This document shows positions 44,192 to 53,465 of a DNA stretch of 58,978 nt, piece by piece. The stretch comes from Verrucomicrobiales bacterium (GTDB lineage Bacteria > Verrucomicrobiota > Verrucomicrobiia > Limisphaerales > F1-12-MAGs170). A model generated the notes under the pieces. The model was not told the origin of the DNA. It saw only the letters and a list, made by a program, of their open reading frames with translations, and made no database searches. Numbering within the stretch: the stretch's first letter is position 1; the number at the start of each line of letters is the position of its first letter. Both the position numbers and the translations under genes were made by a program. The stretch is taken from positions 1 to 58,978 of the forward strand of contig SXMN01000367.1 in assembly GCA_005777315.1 (NCBI GenBank), read 5' to 3'.

Positions 44192-45388
44192 ATGGTAAAC
44201 TTACACATCTACCCAACTTCCATGGTGAAGGAGGCGCGCATGTTCCGCATCACCAATGCACTTGCGAAGGCGGGGATCTTCACTTCCATTGAACTGATCG
44301 GGATACATGAAGGAGATTTGCCCGAGATTCAAGCTCTTGACGAGTGGCGAAGGGTCGTCCGGCTAAGAAGAAAGTCCACGATCGGAGGTGGTTCCACGGT
44401 TGGCAAAGCCATTCGCACGATTGAGTGGAGTGCCCGTGTGGCACGCGCGTATGCTAAACAGACAGGTGCCTGTATAAGCTGCCATAGCCTGCCAGTTCTT
44501 CCACTTTGCGTTTTCCTCAAATTCGTCACCCGAGGGAAGCTAGTTTACGAAACCCATGAATTGGAAACCGAAACAGTCGAGTGCCATGGTTTCAAGCGGG
44601 TTATCTACAAGTTGTTGGAAAGACATCTTGTAAGATTTGCTGACCAGATCGTGGTTGTCAGCGATTCGATCGCTGATTGGTATCGAGACCATTATAAAAT
44701 CCTTCGGCCGACCGTAGTCCGGAATATTCCGGAGTTCAGCGGTGACTTCATCATGCCAGAAACCAATCTCATCCGGCGGCATCTTGGAATTCCGGAGGGA
44801 GAGCTGATATTTCTCTATCAAGGGCGATTGGGGCCTGGGAGGTGCATTGAGAAACTTCTTCGCATTTTCTCGGACATGGACACAAAGCGTCATCTAGTTT
44901 TCCTTGGGTTCGGTTTGTTGACAGACAAGATTCTCGCGGCAGCTAAATCTTTCAAAAACATTCATTACTTGTCCGCTGTGCCCCCAAACGAACTGCTGTC
45001 ATGGACCAGTGGTGCGGATGTCGGCATCGTAGGCTTGGAAGACAGCTGCTTGTGCCACTCCTACGCTCTACCAAATAAGCTTTTCGAGTATATGCGTGCG
45101 GGGGTCCCCGCTCTTGTGAATAACCTACCCGAAATGCGGCGTGTTGTGGAACAAGGTGCTTGGGGTTGGGTTGCTCCGAGCGACGAGACGACTTGGAAGG
45201 CTCTCATTGTTTCCCTCACCGCTAGTGAAATCGCTCTGAAACGTGAAGCCTTGAAAAAGGTGGTTCCTCAGTATTCTTGGACGGAGGAAGTAAAGAAGGT
45301 GGTCCCAACTTATCGGCGAATCTACGTGGAGGATTGTGGCACGGTGGATTGCTCAAAGGATGAAATAGCCCCTGCGGGGAGCAGGTGA
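44192..45388 (+). CDS. glycosyltransferase, GT-B fold (family 4-like)
   Basis: 398 aa. C-terminal NKLFEYMRAGVPALVNNLPEMRRVV region. Confidence 0.85.
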   Translation: MVNLHIYPTSMVKEARMFRITNALAKAGIFTSIELIGIHEGDLPEIQALDEWRRVVRLRRKSTIGGGSTVGKAIRTIEWSARVARAYAKQTGACISCHSLPVLPLCVFLKFVTRGKLVYETHELETETVECHGFKRVIYKLLERHLVRFADQIVVVSDSIADWYRDHYKILRPTVVRNIPEFSGDFIMPETNLIRRHLGIPEGELIFLYQGRLGPGRCIEKLLRIFSDMDTKRHLVFLGFGLLTDKILAAAKSFKNIHYLSAVPPNELLSWTSGADVGIVGLEDSCLCHSYALPNKLFEYMRAGVPALVNNLPEMRRVVEQGAWGWVAPSDETTWKALIVSLTASEIALKREALKKVVPQYSWTEEVKKVVPTYRRIYVEDCGTVDCSKDEIAPAGSR

Positions 45389-45419
45389 TAGATCCAAACG
45401 ACTACAGCATAACGACGCT

Positions 45420-46475
45420 ATGATGCGCTTTGGTTTGATTGGATGCGGTGCCATCGCACGGCGGCACGCTGAATTGCTCGCAAATGAAAGCGTGTCCGGT
45501 GCGCGGCTTGTCGCGGTCTGTGACGCGAATGCCAGGCGCGCTGAAGAATTTGGTCAGCGATACGGAGTCAAAGCCTTCGGCACCATCGCCGAACTTCTGA
45601 ACGACGGGGTGGATGCAGTGACCGTACTTACGCCGAGCGGGATGCATGCGAGCCACGTGATGCAAGCGGCACCTCAATGCAAGGCTATCATCGTGGAAAA
45701 ACCGATGGCATTAACTCTGTCTGACGCGGATCGGATGATCGAAGCTTGCGACCGCCATTCTTCCCGGCTCTTCGTCGTGAAGCAAAATCGCTTCAATCGC
45801 CCTGTAATGGCCCTTCGGCAAGCGCTTGAAGCAGGCCGTTTCGGCAAACTCGTGATGGGCACGGTGCGGGTCCGATGGTGTCGGCACCAATCTTACTATG
45901 ATTCGGCCAGTTGGCGTGGCACATGGGCTCACGATGGTGGTGTTCTGGCCAATCAGGCCAGCCACCACATCGATCTGCTCGAGTGGATGATGGGAGAGGT
46001 GGAAAGCGTCTCCGCGATGTCCACTCGGGCGTTGGCGAAGATTGAAGCTGAGGACACGGCGGTCGCTGTTTTGCGCTTCCGCAGTGGGGCATTGGGAGTG
46101 GTGGAGGCCACCACCGCCGTCCGCCCAAAGGACTTGGAAGGCAGCCTTTCCATCATGGGCGAATTCGGAGCCGTGGAAATCGGTGGATTTGCGGTAAACA
46201 ACCTGAAGATATGGAACTTTGCGAATAACCACCCGGAAGATGGCACCGTATTCGATAAATTCGGTTCTAATCCAGACCATCCCTACGGCTATGGCCACGC
46301 AAAGTATTACGAGCATGTGGTTCAATGCTTGGCCGAGAACAAGCGCCAGTTGGTGGATGGACTGGAGGGCCGAAAAAGCCTGGAATTGATAACAGCCATC
46401 TACGAGGCGATTGAGTGCGGCCGGGAAGTTCAATTGAGGTTCAACCCAAAACGCTGTCGCTTGGGAATGGGCTGA
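45420..46475 (+). CDS. Gfo/Idh/MocA family sugar oxidoreductase (second WlbA/WbpB-like or GnnA-like enzyme)
   Basis: 351 aa. FGLIGCGAIARRH Rossmann motif and VEKPMALT motif. Confidence 0.9.
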   Translation: MMRFGLIGCGAIARRHAELLANESVSGARLVAVCDANARRAEEFGQRYGVKAFGTIAELLNDGVDAVTVLTPSGMHASHVMQAAPQCKAIIVEKPMALTLSDADRMIEACDRHSSRLFVVKQNRFNRPVMALRQALEAGRFGKLVMGTVRVRWCRHQSYYDSASWRGTWAHDGGVLANQASHHIDLLEWMMGEVESVSAMSTRALAKIEAEDTAVAVLRFRSGALGVVEATTAVRPKDLEGSLSIMGEFGAVEIGGFAVNNLKIWNFANNHPEDGTVFDKFGSNPDHPYGYGHAKYYEHVVQCLAENKRQLVDGLEGRKSLELITAIYEAIECGREVQLRFNPKRCRLGMG

Positions 46476-46479
46476 TCTT

Positions 46480-46950
46480 ATGGAGCCACTCATCAAGCAG
46501 GTGGGAATTGTAGATATCGAGTGCGGTGAAAAAGTCACCATCATCCAACCGGTCAATCTCTATGGCTGCAAGCTTGGGTCGGGTACTTTTGTTGGGCCGT
46601 TTGTCGAGATTCAGCGTAATGTGACTGTCGGGGAACGTTGTCGTATTCAGTCACACAGTTTTGTCTGCGAGCTGGTGACTATCGGCAATGACTGTGTCAT
46701 CGCCCATGGCGTCATCTTCATCAACGACTCGTTCAAGATCGGTGGACCGGCACAGGGCAACCGCAGCCTTTGGTCTGCCACACGTATTGGTAATCGTGTA
46801 TCGATCGGCTCAAACGCCACCATCCTGCCTGTGAGCATCTGCGATGATGTCGTGATAGGTGCCGGTTCCGTCGTCAGCAAAGACATCCTCAAGCCAGGCA
46901 TTTACGCGGGAAATCCGGCCAAGTTCATGCGCTCATTTACGCGGCCCTAG
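46480..46950 (+). CDS. hexapeptide-repeat (LbH) sugar N-acetyltransferase
   Basis: 156 aa with repeated [LIV]-G-x4 turns (IGNDCVIAHGVIF, IGNRVSIGSNATI, IGAGSVV). Confidence 0.85.
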   Translation: MEPLIKQVGIVDIECGEKVTIIQPVNLYGCKLGSGTFVGPFVEIQRNVTVGERCRIQSHSFVCELVTIGNDCVIAHGVIFINDSFKIGGPAQGNRSLWSATRIGNRVSIGSNATILPVSICDDVVIGAGSVVSKDILKPGIYAGNPAKFMRSFTRP

Positions 46951-46973
46951 TCGTTTAGAACTCCAAATCGCTC

Positions 46974-48074
46974 ATGCACGTTCCCTTCAACGATCTGGTC
47001 CTTCACCATGCTTCCCTGCAGCCGGCGCTTAACCAAGCCATCGCCAAGACGGTGGCCGAATCTTCCTTCATCCGAGGGCCCGAAGTGGACGCCTTTGAGA
47101 AGGAGTTCGCGACTCTGCACGGGGTCAAACACTGTGTCTCCTGTGCCAATGGCACCGATGCTCTCTATATTGCCATGCGCGCGCTGGGCCTCAAGCCAGG
47201 CGAGGAGGTGATCACGACCGCGCATTCCTGGATTTCCACCTCCGAGACAATCACCCAGGCGGGTGGATCGGTTGTCTTCTGCGACACGGATGCGGACACG
47301 TTTACCGTTGATCCGCAGCAAATCGAGGGCAAAATCACATCTCGAACACGAGGCGTCATCCCCGTCCACCTCTATGGCCAGGCGGCGGACATGGACCCGA
47401 TACTGGAGATTGCTCGTCGGCACAACCTTTGGGTCATTGAGGACTGTGCGCAGGCTCATCTGGCGACTTACAAGGGCCGAACTGTAGGCACTTTTGGCGA
47501 TGTGGCCACCTACTCCTTTTATCCCGGCAAGAACTTGGGGGCGATAGGCGATGCAGGGGGGATCTTGACCAATCGTGACGATCTCGCTTCTTGGATGACT
47601 ATGTTTGCCCGCCACGGCGGCAAGGGAGACCATTTGATTGAGGGAATGAACAGCCGCATGGATGGAATCCAAGGAGCCGTTCTGCGGGTAAAACTTCCGC
47701 ACCTCCAGAATTGGACTGAACGTCGGCGTCAAGTGGCTCAACACTACAATGAGTTGCTGGCTGGGGTAGGTGATTTGAGATTACCACAGGTAGCGGAAGG
47801 CCGCGATCATGTTTACCACCTTTATGTGGTGCGAACAAAACAGCGTGACGCGCTACGTGCGCACTTGAAAGGGCGTGGCATCGAAACTGTGCTGAACTAT
47901 CCCCGTGCTTTGCCATTTTACCCGGCTTACTCTTATCTAGATCACAAGCCAGAAGAGTTCCCCAACGCCTTCGAAAACCAGTCACGGATTCTTTCGCTGC
48001 CAATTTACCCGGAAATGCAGGTCGAAAAGATCCGCTATGTGGCTGAAAGCATTCGCTCATTTTATGGCCAGTAG
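46974..48074 (+). CDS. DegT/DnrJ/EryC1/StrS family sugar aminotransferase
   Basis: 366 aa. FIRGPEVDAFE, ANGTDALYIA, and PLP-Lys region YSFYPGKNLGAIGDAGG. Confidence 0.9.
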   Translation: MHVPFNDLVLHHASLQPALNQAIAKTVAESSFIRGPEVDAFEKEFATLHGVKHCVSCANGTDALYIAMRALGLKPGEEVITTAHSWISTSETITQAGGSVVFCDTDADTFTVDPQQIEGKITSRTRGVIPVHLYGQAADMDPILEIARRHNLWVIEDCAQAHLATYKGRTVGTFGDVATYSFYPGKNLGAIGDAGGILTNRDDLASWMTMFARHGGKGDHLIEGMNSRMDGIQGAVLRVKLPHLQNWTERRRQVAQHYNELLAGVGDLRLPQVAEGRDHVYHLYVVRTKQRDALRAHLKGRGIETVLNYPRALPFYPAYSYLDHKPEEFPNAFENQSRILSLPIYPEMQVEKIRYVAESIRSFYGQ

Positions 48075-48097
48075 TATCCTGTGAATTCAATTCCGAC

Positions 48098-49288
48098 GTG
48101 AATATCAGCGAAACTCAAAGATCAGACACAGAAGCTTTCCCCTCCAGTTTACTGAACCAGCGGAACTATCGAATCTGTACCCGCTGCGTCATGGATACCA
48201 GTGATCCGGGTATACAGTTTGACCCTCTTGGGGTCTGTCACCACTGCTCTCAGTATCTACGAAGGAGATCGGAAGAGCTGCCAGATCCCGAGAAGGCCCG
48301 CCAGATTCTTTCCGCTCTGGTTGAAGAAATGAAGCAGGAGGGGAAAGGCAAGGACTACGACTGTATTATCGGCCTGAGTGGGGGCGTGGACAGTTCCTAC
48401 GTTGCCTACCAAGTAGCGAATCTGGGACTCCGAGCGTTGGGTGTACATCTGGACAACGCTTGGAATTCTGAACCGGCGGTAGGAAACATCGAAAAGATTG
48501 TCAACAAGCTCGGTATCGACCTCTACTCACACGTCCTGCCTTGGGAAGAATTTCGAGGGCTACAGCGGGCTTTTTTCCGCGCTTCCGTCCCGAACTGTGA
48601 AGTGCCGACAGACCATGCGATTCTGGCCGTGCTGTTCGACACAGCTGCCAAGCATGGTGTGCGCTTTATCTTGAGCGGTTCCAATCTGGCAAGTGAGGGC
48701 ATCACTCTGCCGACGGCTTGGGGACGAGACTATCGAGATTGGACACACCTGAAAGCAATTCACCGAGTCTTCGGAGAGACTCCTTTGCAAAAGTTTCCAC
48801 GCCTGTCTTTGTCAAAATTGCTCTATCGCGTGTTTGTTAATCGGATTCGTTTCGTCCCAATCCTAAACTACATGCCCTATGTCAAGAACGACGCGATAGC
48901 GACATTGAAGTCGGAGCTGGGCTGGGCAGAATATGGGAGAAAGCACGGGGAGTCGATTTTCACTCGTTATTACCAGGAATATTATCTGCCGGTCAAATTC
49001 GGATATGACAAACGCCGTCTCCATTATTCGGTGCTGATCAACTCGGGCCAGATGACTAGGGCGGAGGCGCTCACCCAACTGGACAATCCCATGTTTTCTT
49101 CCGAAGAACTGGAAGAGGTGACTACTTTTTTCCTGAAAAAAATGATGTTTTCTCGTGAAGAGTGGCAAAGAATAATGTCTGCCCCCTGTAGGTCGCACAT
49201 GGATTATCCCACCAATTGGTGTTTTACCATGAGAGAATCCGGGGTCGCTCAGTTCGTCCGCCGGATGGCCACTTCGCGAAAAAACTGA
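48098..49288 (+). CDS. wbpG: N-acetyl sugar amidotransferase (WbpG/WbuX/PseA-like PP-loop enzyme)
   Basis: 396 aa. N-terminal Cys4 ribbon CTRCVMD...CHHC and PP-loop GLSGGVDSSYV. Lies in the same operon as hisH/hisF paralogs. GTG start. Confidence 0.8.
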   Translation: MNISETQRSDTEAFPSSLLNQRNYRICTRCVMDTSDPGIQFDPLGVCHHCSQYLRRRSEELPDPEKARQILSALVEEMKQEGKGKDYDCIIGLSGGVDSSYVAYQVANLGLRALGVHLDNAWNSEPAVGNIEKIVNKLGIDLYSHVLPWEEFRGLQRAFFRASVPNCEVPTDHAILAVLFDTAAKHGVRFILSGSNLASEGITLPTAWGRDYRDWTHLKAIHRVFGETPLQKFPRLSLSKLLYRVFVNRIRFVPILNYMPYVKNDAIATLKSELGWAEYGRKHGESIFTRYYQEYYLPVKFGYDKRRLHYSVLINSGQMTRAEALTQLDNPMFSSEELEEVTTFFLKKMMFSREEWQRIMSAPCRSHMDYPTNWCFTMRESGVAQFVRRMATSRKN

Positions 49289-49451
49289 TCCCATTGAAAC
49301 AGCCCGTTGATTGAGGCCTCATGCTTGGGGGGAAGCTCCGCACACACGTGATCTTCCCGCAAAAAGGCGATGATAAGAGTGATCTAACCAGCACAACCAG
49401 ACCTCGTGCGATATATTATTAAGATCTTCACCCACCTCCACCTGCCGATCC

Positions 49452-50228
49452 ATGGAAGAACGCAAACTCATTGAGGCCGATTTTCACGACCGGAGAGCGC
49501 GCGACAAACAAGCCGCTTCGCTTCGCGAATTCGAGTCAAAGTACCCCAACAAGAAACTCTATGCTGTTACCCGAGATCACCGGAAACGCATTGACGCCTG
49601 GATTGCGCAGTGGTGCCCCGGCTCCGTAGCGCTCGACTTCTGCTGCGGTGAGGGAGAGGGTGCCATCAAGATGAGTAAAGCGGGGGCGGATGTCCACGGG
49701 ATTGACATCAGCGCGGATTCACTCGCCACTGCTACTGAATCCGCTAGGCACTTGACCAAGCCGCCTGCCTTCAAGGTAATGGACGCGGAGAACCTCGAGT
49801 TCCCGGATAACTATTTTGATGTCGTATACGCTGCGGGATGCTTCCACCACCTTGATCTTTCTAAGACATACCAGGAGTTGCATCGAGTTCTGAAGCCCGG
49901 CGGGCGGGTCATGTGCAACGAGTCGCTAGCGCACAATCCAGTTTTCCACTTTTACAGAAGAAAGACCCCCCACTTGCGCACCCCGTGGGAAGTGCCGCAT
50001 ATCCTCCGAGTAGCTGATGTGATGCGAGCAGGCGAGTTTTTTGGCAAGATCGATATCCGGTATCATTATCTCTTCTCTTTGGCCGCGGTGCCCCTGCGTC
50101 GAACTGCATTGTTCAACACCGTCCTCAGCATCCTCGAAAAGGTGGATCGTTTAGTTCTGTCCGTTCCTGGAGTGCAACGAATGGCGTGGCAATGCACATT
50201 TGAGCTCTCCTTGCCCAAGAAGAAGTGA
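49452..50228 (+). CDS. class I SAM-dependent methyltransferase
   Basis: 258 aa. ALDFCCGEGEG motif I and LKPGGRVM. Confidence 0.85.
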   Translation: MEERKLIEADFHDRRARDKQAASLREFESKYPNKKLYAVTRDHRKRIDAWIAQWCPGSVALDFCCGEGEGAIKMSKAGADVHGIDISADSLATATESARHLTKPPAFKVMDAENLEFPDNYFDVVYAAGCFHHLDLSKTYQELHRVLKPGGRVMCNESLAHNPVFHFYRRKTPHLRTPWEVPHILRVADVMRAGEFFGKIDIRYHYLFSLAAVPLRRTALFNTVLSILEKVDRLVLSVPGVQRMAWQCTFELSLPKKK

Positions 50229-51472
50229 TGCGGATTTGGCTCTTCAAGGATGGTGAATCGTTGCCTGTTGAACTCAAAAGCCGACGAATGCGTACGGGCA
50301 TGCTTGCCGAGGAATTGCGGCGGCGCGGGCACGAAGTCCACTGGTTTTCGAGCACGTTTCTTCATCACAGGAAGGTTCTTCACGCGTCGTCGGATCTGCG
50401 CACTGAACCTTCCACAGGGTTGACGCTGCATCTACTACACGCCGGGCAATTCCAGCGGAACCTTTCTTACGCGAGGTATGCGTTCTACCAACGCTACGCG
50501 AAAAAAATCAGATCGTATTGCGCGCAGCAGACGCCTCCCGATGTAGTGGTTTGTTCATTTCCACTGATTGATGTAGCCATGCACATCGTTACTTGGGGTA
50601 AGCAAAGGGGGATCCCCGTCATTTTGGATGTGCGAGATCTTTGGCCCGATACGATTCTTGATATTTTCCCCCGGTGGGCGAGATCGGTGGCACGCTGGGC
50701 TCTGAGGGCAGATTTCAAAAATACGCAGCATGCCATGGCGCACGCGACCTGCCTCTGCGCCATGTCAAACGGCGTGCTGAAATGGGGGCTGAATTATGCC
50801 AGACGAGAACGAGGTTCTTGGGACCGAGTGATACCTATCGGCTATCCGACCTTGGATTTGGTCCGACAGACCTCGATCTGTGTCCCGGCATTACTTGCTC
50901 CGCTTCAAGGACGACGAATCTTCAGTTACGTTGGTACTTTTGGCCACACTTACGACCTTCCGCTGCTAGCTCAGGTCGCACACGAGTTGGAAGCCTTGTC
51001 ACGAAGGGATGTGGGTCTGGTACTGGCTGGAAACGGTCCGTTACTGGAAAGAATCCGGCATCAGGTTAAGGGTCTGAGTAACGTGGTCCTCACGGGATGG
51101 ATCGACGTCACTGAGATTGGCGAGGTGCTCTCAAGAACGACAGCTGGTCTGCTTCCTTGGAACTCCATCAATGACGCGATGCCAAACAAATTTTTTGAAT
51201 ATATTGCTGCTGGGCTTCCTGTGATTGCATCTGCCGAAGGAGAACTAAATAACCTGATTGACACAGAGCACATCGGGCTTTGCTACCAAAAGGGGCAATC
51301 CGCTGAACTCCTCCGGGCTATCTTAAAACTGGCGGACGAAACCGATTTTCAGAAAGGCTGCGCCAAACAAGCATCTGACCTTTTCACGCGCAGGTTTCGT
51401 GAGGATGCGGTGTATGGGGTATATGCGGACTACGTCGAGGAAGTAGCTGCCGCCCCCGCCCTCTCCAATTGA
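50225..51472 (+). CDS. glycosyltransferase, GT-B fold (family 4-like)
   Basis: 415 aa. C-terminal PNKFFEYIAAGLPVIAS region. 4-nt overlap with the upstream gene. Confidence 0.85.
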   Translation: MMRIWLFKDGESLPVELKSRRMRTGMLAEELRRRGHEVHWFSSTFLHHRKVLHASSDLRTEPSTGLTLHLLHAGQFQRNLSYARYAFYQRYAKKIRSYCAQQTPPDVVVCSFPLIDVAMHIVTWGKQRGIPVILDVRDLWPDTILDIFPRWARSVARWALRADFKNTQHAMAHATCLCAMSNGVLKWGLNYARRERGSWDRVIPIGYPTLDLVRQTSICVPALLAPLQGRRIFSYVGTFGHTYDLPLLAQVAHELEALSRRDVGLVLAGNGPLLERIRHQVKGLSNVVLTGWIDVTEIGEVLSRTTAGLLPWNSINDAMPNKFFEYIAAGLPVIASAEGELNNLIDTEHIGLCYQKGQSAELLRAILKLADETDFQKGCAKQASDLFTRRFREDAVYGVYADYVEEVAAAPALSN

Positions 51473-51483
51473 GCGTGCCGCGT

Positions 51484-52404
51484 ATGGAATACACCCGATT
51501 GGGACAGACCGGACTTGCGGTTTCGCGAATCTGCTTTGGATGCGCAGCGATCGGAGGCTATGATTATGGTCCTGTGGAAGATGCGATCAGCATCGGAGCG
51601 ATCCATAAGGCGTTGGACTTGGGCATCAACTTCTTTGACGTGGCAGACGTGTATGGATTCGGCCATGCCGAATCAACATTGCAGAAAGCCCTGGGTGCCC
51701 GGGTCAATCAACTGGTGATTGCAACGAAATTTGGAGTTCGCTGGAGCGCAGAAGGTGAGACTATGCGTGACATTTCACCGGCCCATCTTCGGCGCGCCTT
51801 GGAGGGTTCCTTGCGGCGACTGGGTTGTGACTCGATCACCCTCTATCAAGTGCATTGGCCTGACCACCAAACTTCCTTGGAGGATGCAGTCGCAACGTTA
51901 GCTGAATGTCAGCAAGCGGGAAAAATCCGGCACTTTGGTGTGTGCAATCTCACAGGGGAGGATGTGCGTTCCTGCCAAAAGATAGCACGTTTGGAAAGCT
52001 TGCAGATACCTTTCTCCCTAGCCGAGCGCCAGAACACAGGGTTGATTCAGATTGCCGCTCGGGAGCATTTCATGACGGTTATGGTCTACAATGCATTGGC
52101 CCACGGCCTTTTCTCAGGCAAGTATAACCGTGAATCCGTTTTTTCGGGCACGGACTTGCGTGCCCGAGTAAAGCTCTTCCAAGGGGAGGCTTTCGAAAAT
52201 GCCCTTGAACTCCTGGACCGGATCAGGCAAGTCGCTTCCACGACAGGCAAGACATGCACCCAAGTGGCCTTGAACTGGACCCTTTCTCAATGTGGCGTAA
52301 GTTCCGTGATCGTGGGTACAAAGAGCGCGTCCCAAATTGAAGACAGCGTTGCAGCGATTGAGTTCCGGTTGGATGCTGAACAGCTAAAGCAACTGAGCGC
52401 CTGA
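51484..52404 (+). CDS. aldo/keto reductase
   Basis: MEYTRLGQTGLAVSRICFGC... with the D/Y (FDVADVYG), K (ATKFG) and H (QVHWPD) tetrad. Alternative upstream start at 51469. Confidence 0.9.
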   Translation: MEYTRLGQTGLAVSRICFGCAAIGGYDYGPVEDAISIGAIHKALDLGINFFDVADVYGFGHAESTLQKALGARVNQLVIATKFGVRWSAEGETMRDISPAHLRRALEGSLRRLGCDSITLYQVHWPDHQTSLEDAVATLAECQQAGKIRHFGVCNLTGEDVRSCQKIARLESLQIPFSLAERQNTGLIQIAAREHFMTVMVYNALAHGLFSGKYNRESVFSGTDLRARVKLFQGEAFENALELLDRIRQVASTTGKTCTQVALNWTLSQCGVSSVIVGTKSASQIEDSVAAIEFRLDAEQLKQLSA

Positions 52405-52414
52405 CATTTGATTT

Positions 52415-53461
52415 ATGATTACAACCGATGACAGTCATCATCTTGGGAAACTGGCCGATTCCAATAGCTACTGGGATCCCATTAATATCGATGGGGAAGA
52501 TCCACGTGAACTGCTGGATCAGCTTCGTCTCATGGTCCTGATTCGTTGCGCCGAGGAGCGGATTGGGGAGGGGTTTGGGAAAGGAGTTATTCGCTGTCCT
52601 TGTCACTTGGTCATAGGACAGGAAGTGCCGGCAGTGGGTCTCGCGAGCCGAATCCAAAAGGGAGACAAGGTATTCGGAGCCCATCGTTCGCATGCCCATT
52701 ATTTGGCGCTTGGTGGTGACTTGCGTAAACTTTTAGCGGAAGTGCTGGGACGTGACACCGGTTGTTCCAAAGGTATGGGTGGATCAATGCATTTGATCGC
52801 CTTGGAACAGGGCCTCTACGGAACCGTTCCAATCGTTGGGGCTACAATTCCGATTGCTGCAGGTGCCGCGCTGGCCGCCAAACTAGATAAGTCGGATTCG
52901 GTGGTGGTGAGTTTCCTTGGGGACGGTGCTACAGAGGAAGGTGTTTTTCACGAAACGTTAAACTTCGCATCAAACTTTCAACTGCCTGTCGTTTTTGTCA
53001 TAGAGAACAACCTTTTTGCTAGCCATCTTCATATGAGCCTCCGCCAGCCGTTTGACTCGACTTGTCGCTTTGCCCAAGCTCACGGGGTTTCTTGGCAACG
53101 AGTGGATGGTAACGACTTGGTGGCCATGAAACGCGCTTCGTCGCTGGCTGTTTGCCAAGCCCGAGCAGGTGCAGGCCCCCAGCTAATTGAGGCGGTCACC
53201 TATCGCTGGAGAGGGCATGTGGGTGACCGCGAGGATCAAGACGTGGGAGTTGCAAGGAAGGAAGGATTGGAAAGCTGGAAGAAACGTGACCCGATCCAAC
53301 GACTGGCTTTGGCATTGGAAACCAGTGGTCGCCTTGATGAAGGGATGCTTCAAGACATGCGGAAGAAGTCTCAAACTGTGGTAGCGGAGGCTTGGGAACA
53401 AGCTAGGCTGGATCCTTTCCCAGCCGCTGAAGCACTACTCGACCGAGTCTATTTCAAGTGA
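52415..53461 (+). CDS. ThDP-dependent 2-oxoacid dehydrogenase E1 component, alpha subunit-like
   Basis: 348 aa. Canonical GDGATEEGVFHETLNFASNFQLPVVFVIENN ThDP motif. Confidence 0.9.
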   Translation: MITTDDSHHLGKLADSNSYWDPINIDGEDPRELLDQLRLMVLIRCAEERIGEGFGKGVIRCPCHLVIGQEVPAVGLASRIQKGDKVFGAHRSHAHYLALGGDLRKLLAEVLGRDTGCSKGMGGSMHLIALEQGLYGTVPIVGATIPIAAGAALAAKLDKSDSVVVSFLGDGATEEGVFHETLNFASNFQLPVVFVIENNLFASHLHMSLRQPFDSTCRFAQAHGVSWQRVDGNDLVAMKRASSLAVCQARAGAGPQLIEAVTYRWRGHVGDREDQDVGVARKEGLESWKKRDPIQRLALALETSGRLDEGMLQDMRKKSQTVVAEAWEQARLDPFPAAEALLDRVYFK

Positions 53462-53465
53462 AGAA

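Noticed and set aside
45711-47744. 281-aa and 265-aa minus-strand ORFs
   Set aside because: Antisense to the Gfo/Idh/MocA, acetyltransferase and DegT genes. No motifs.
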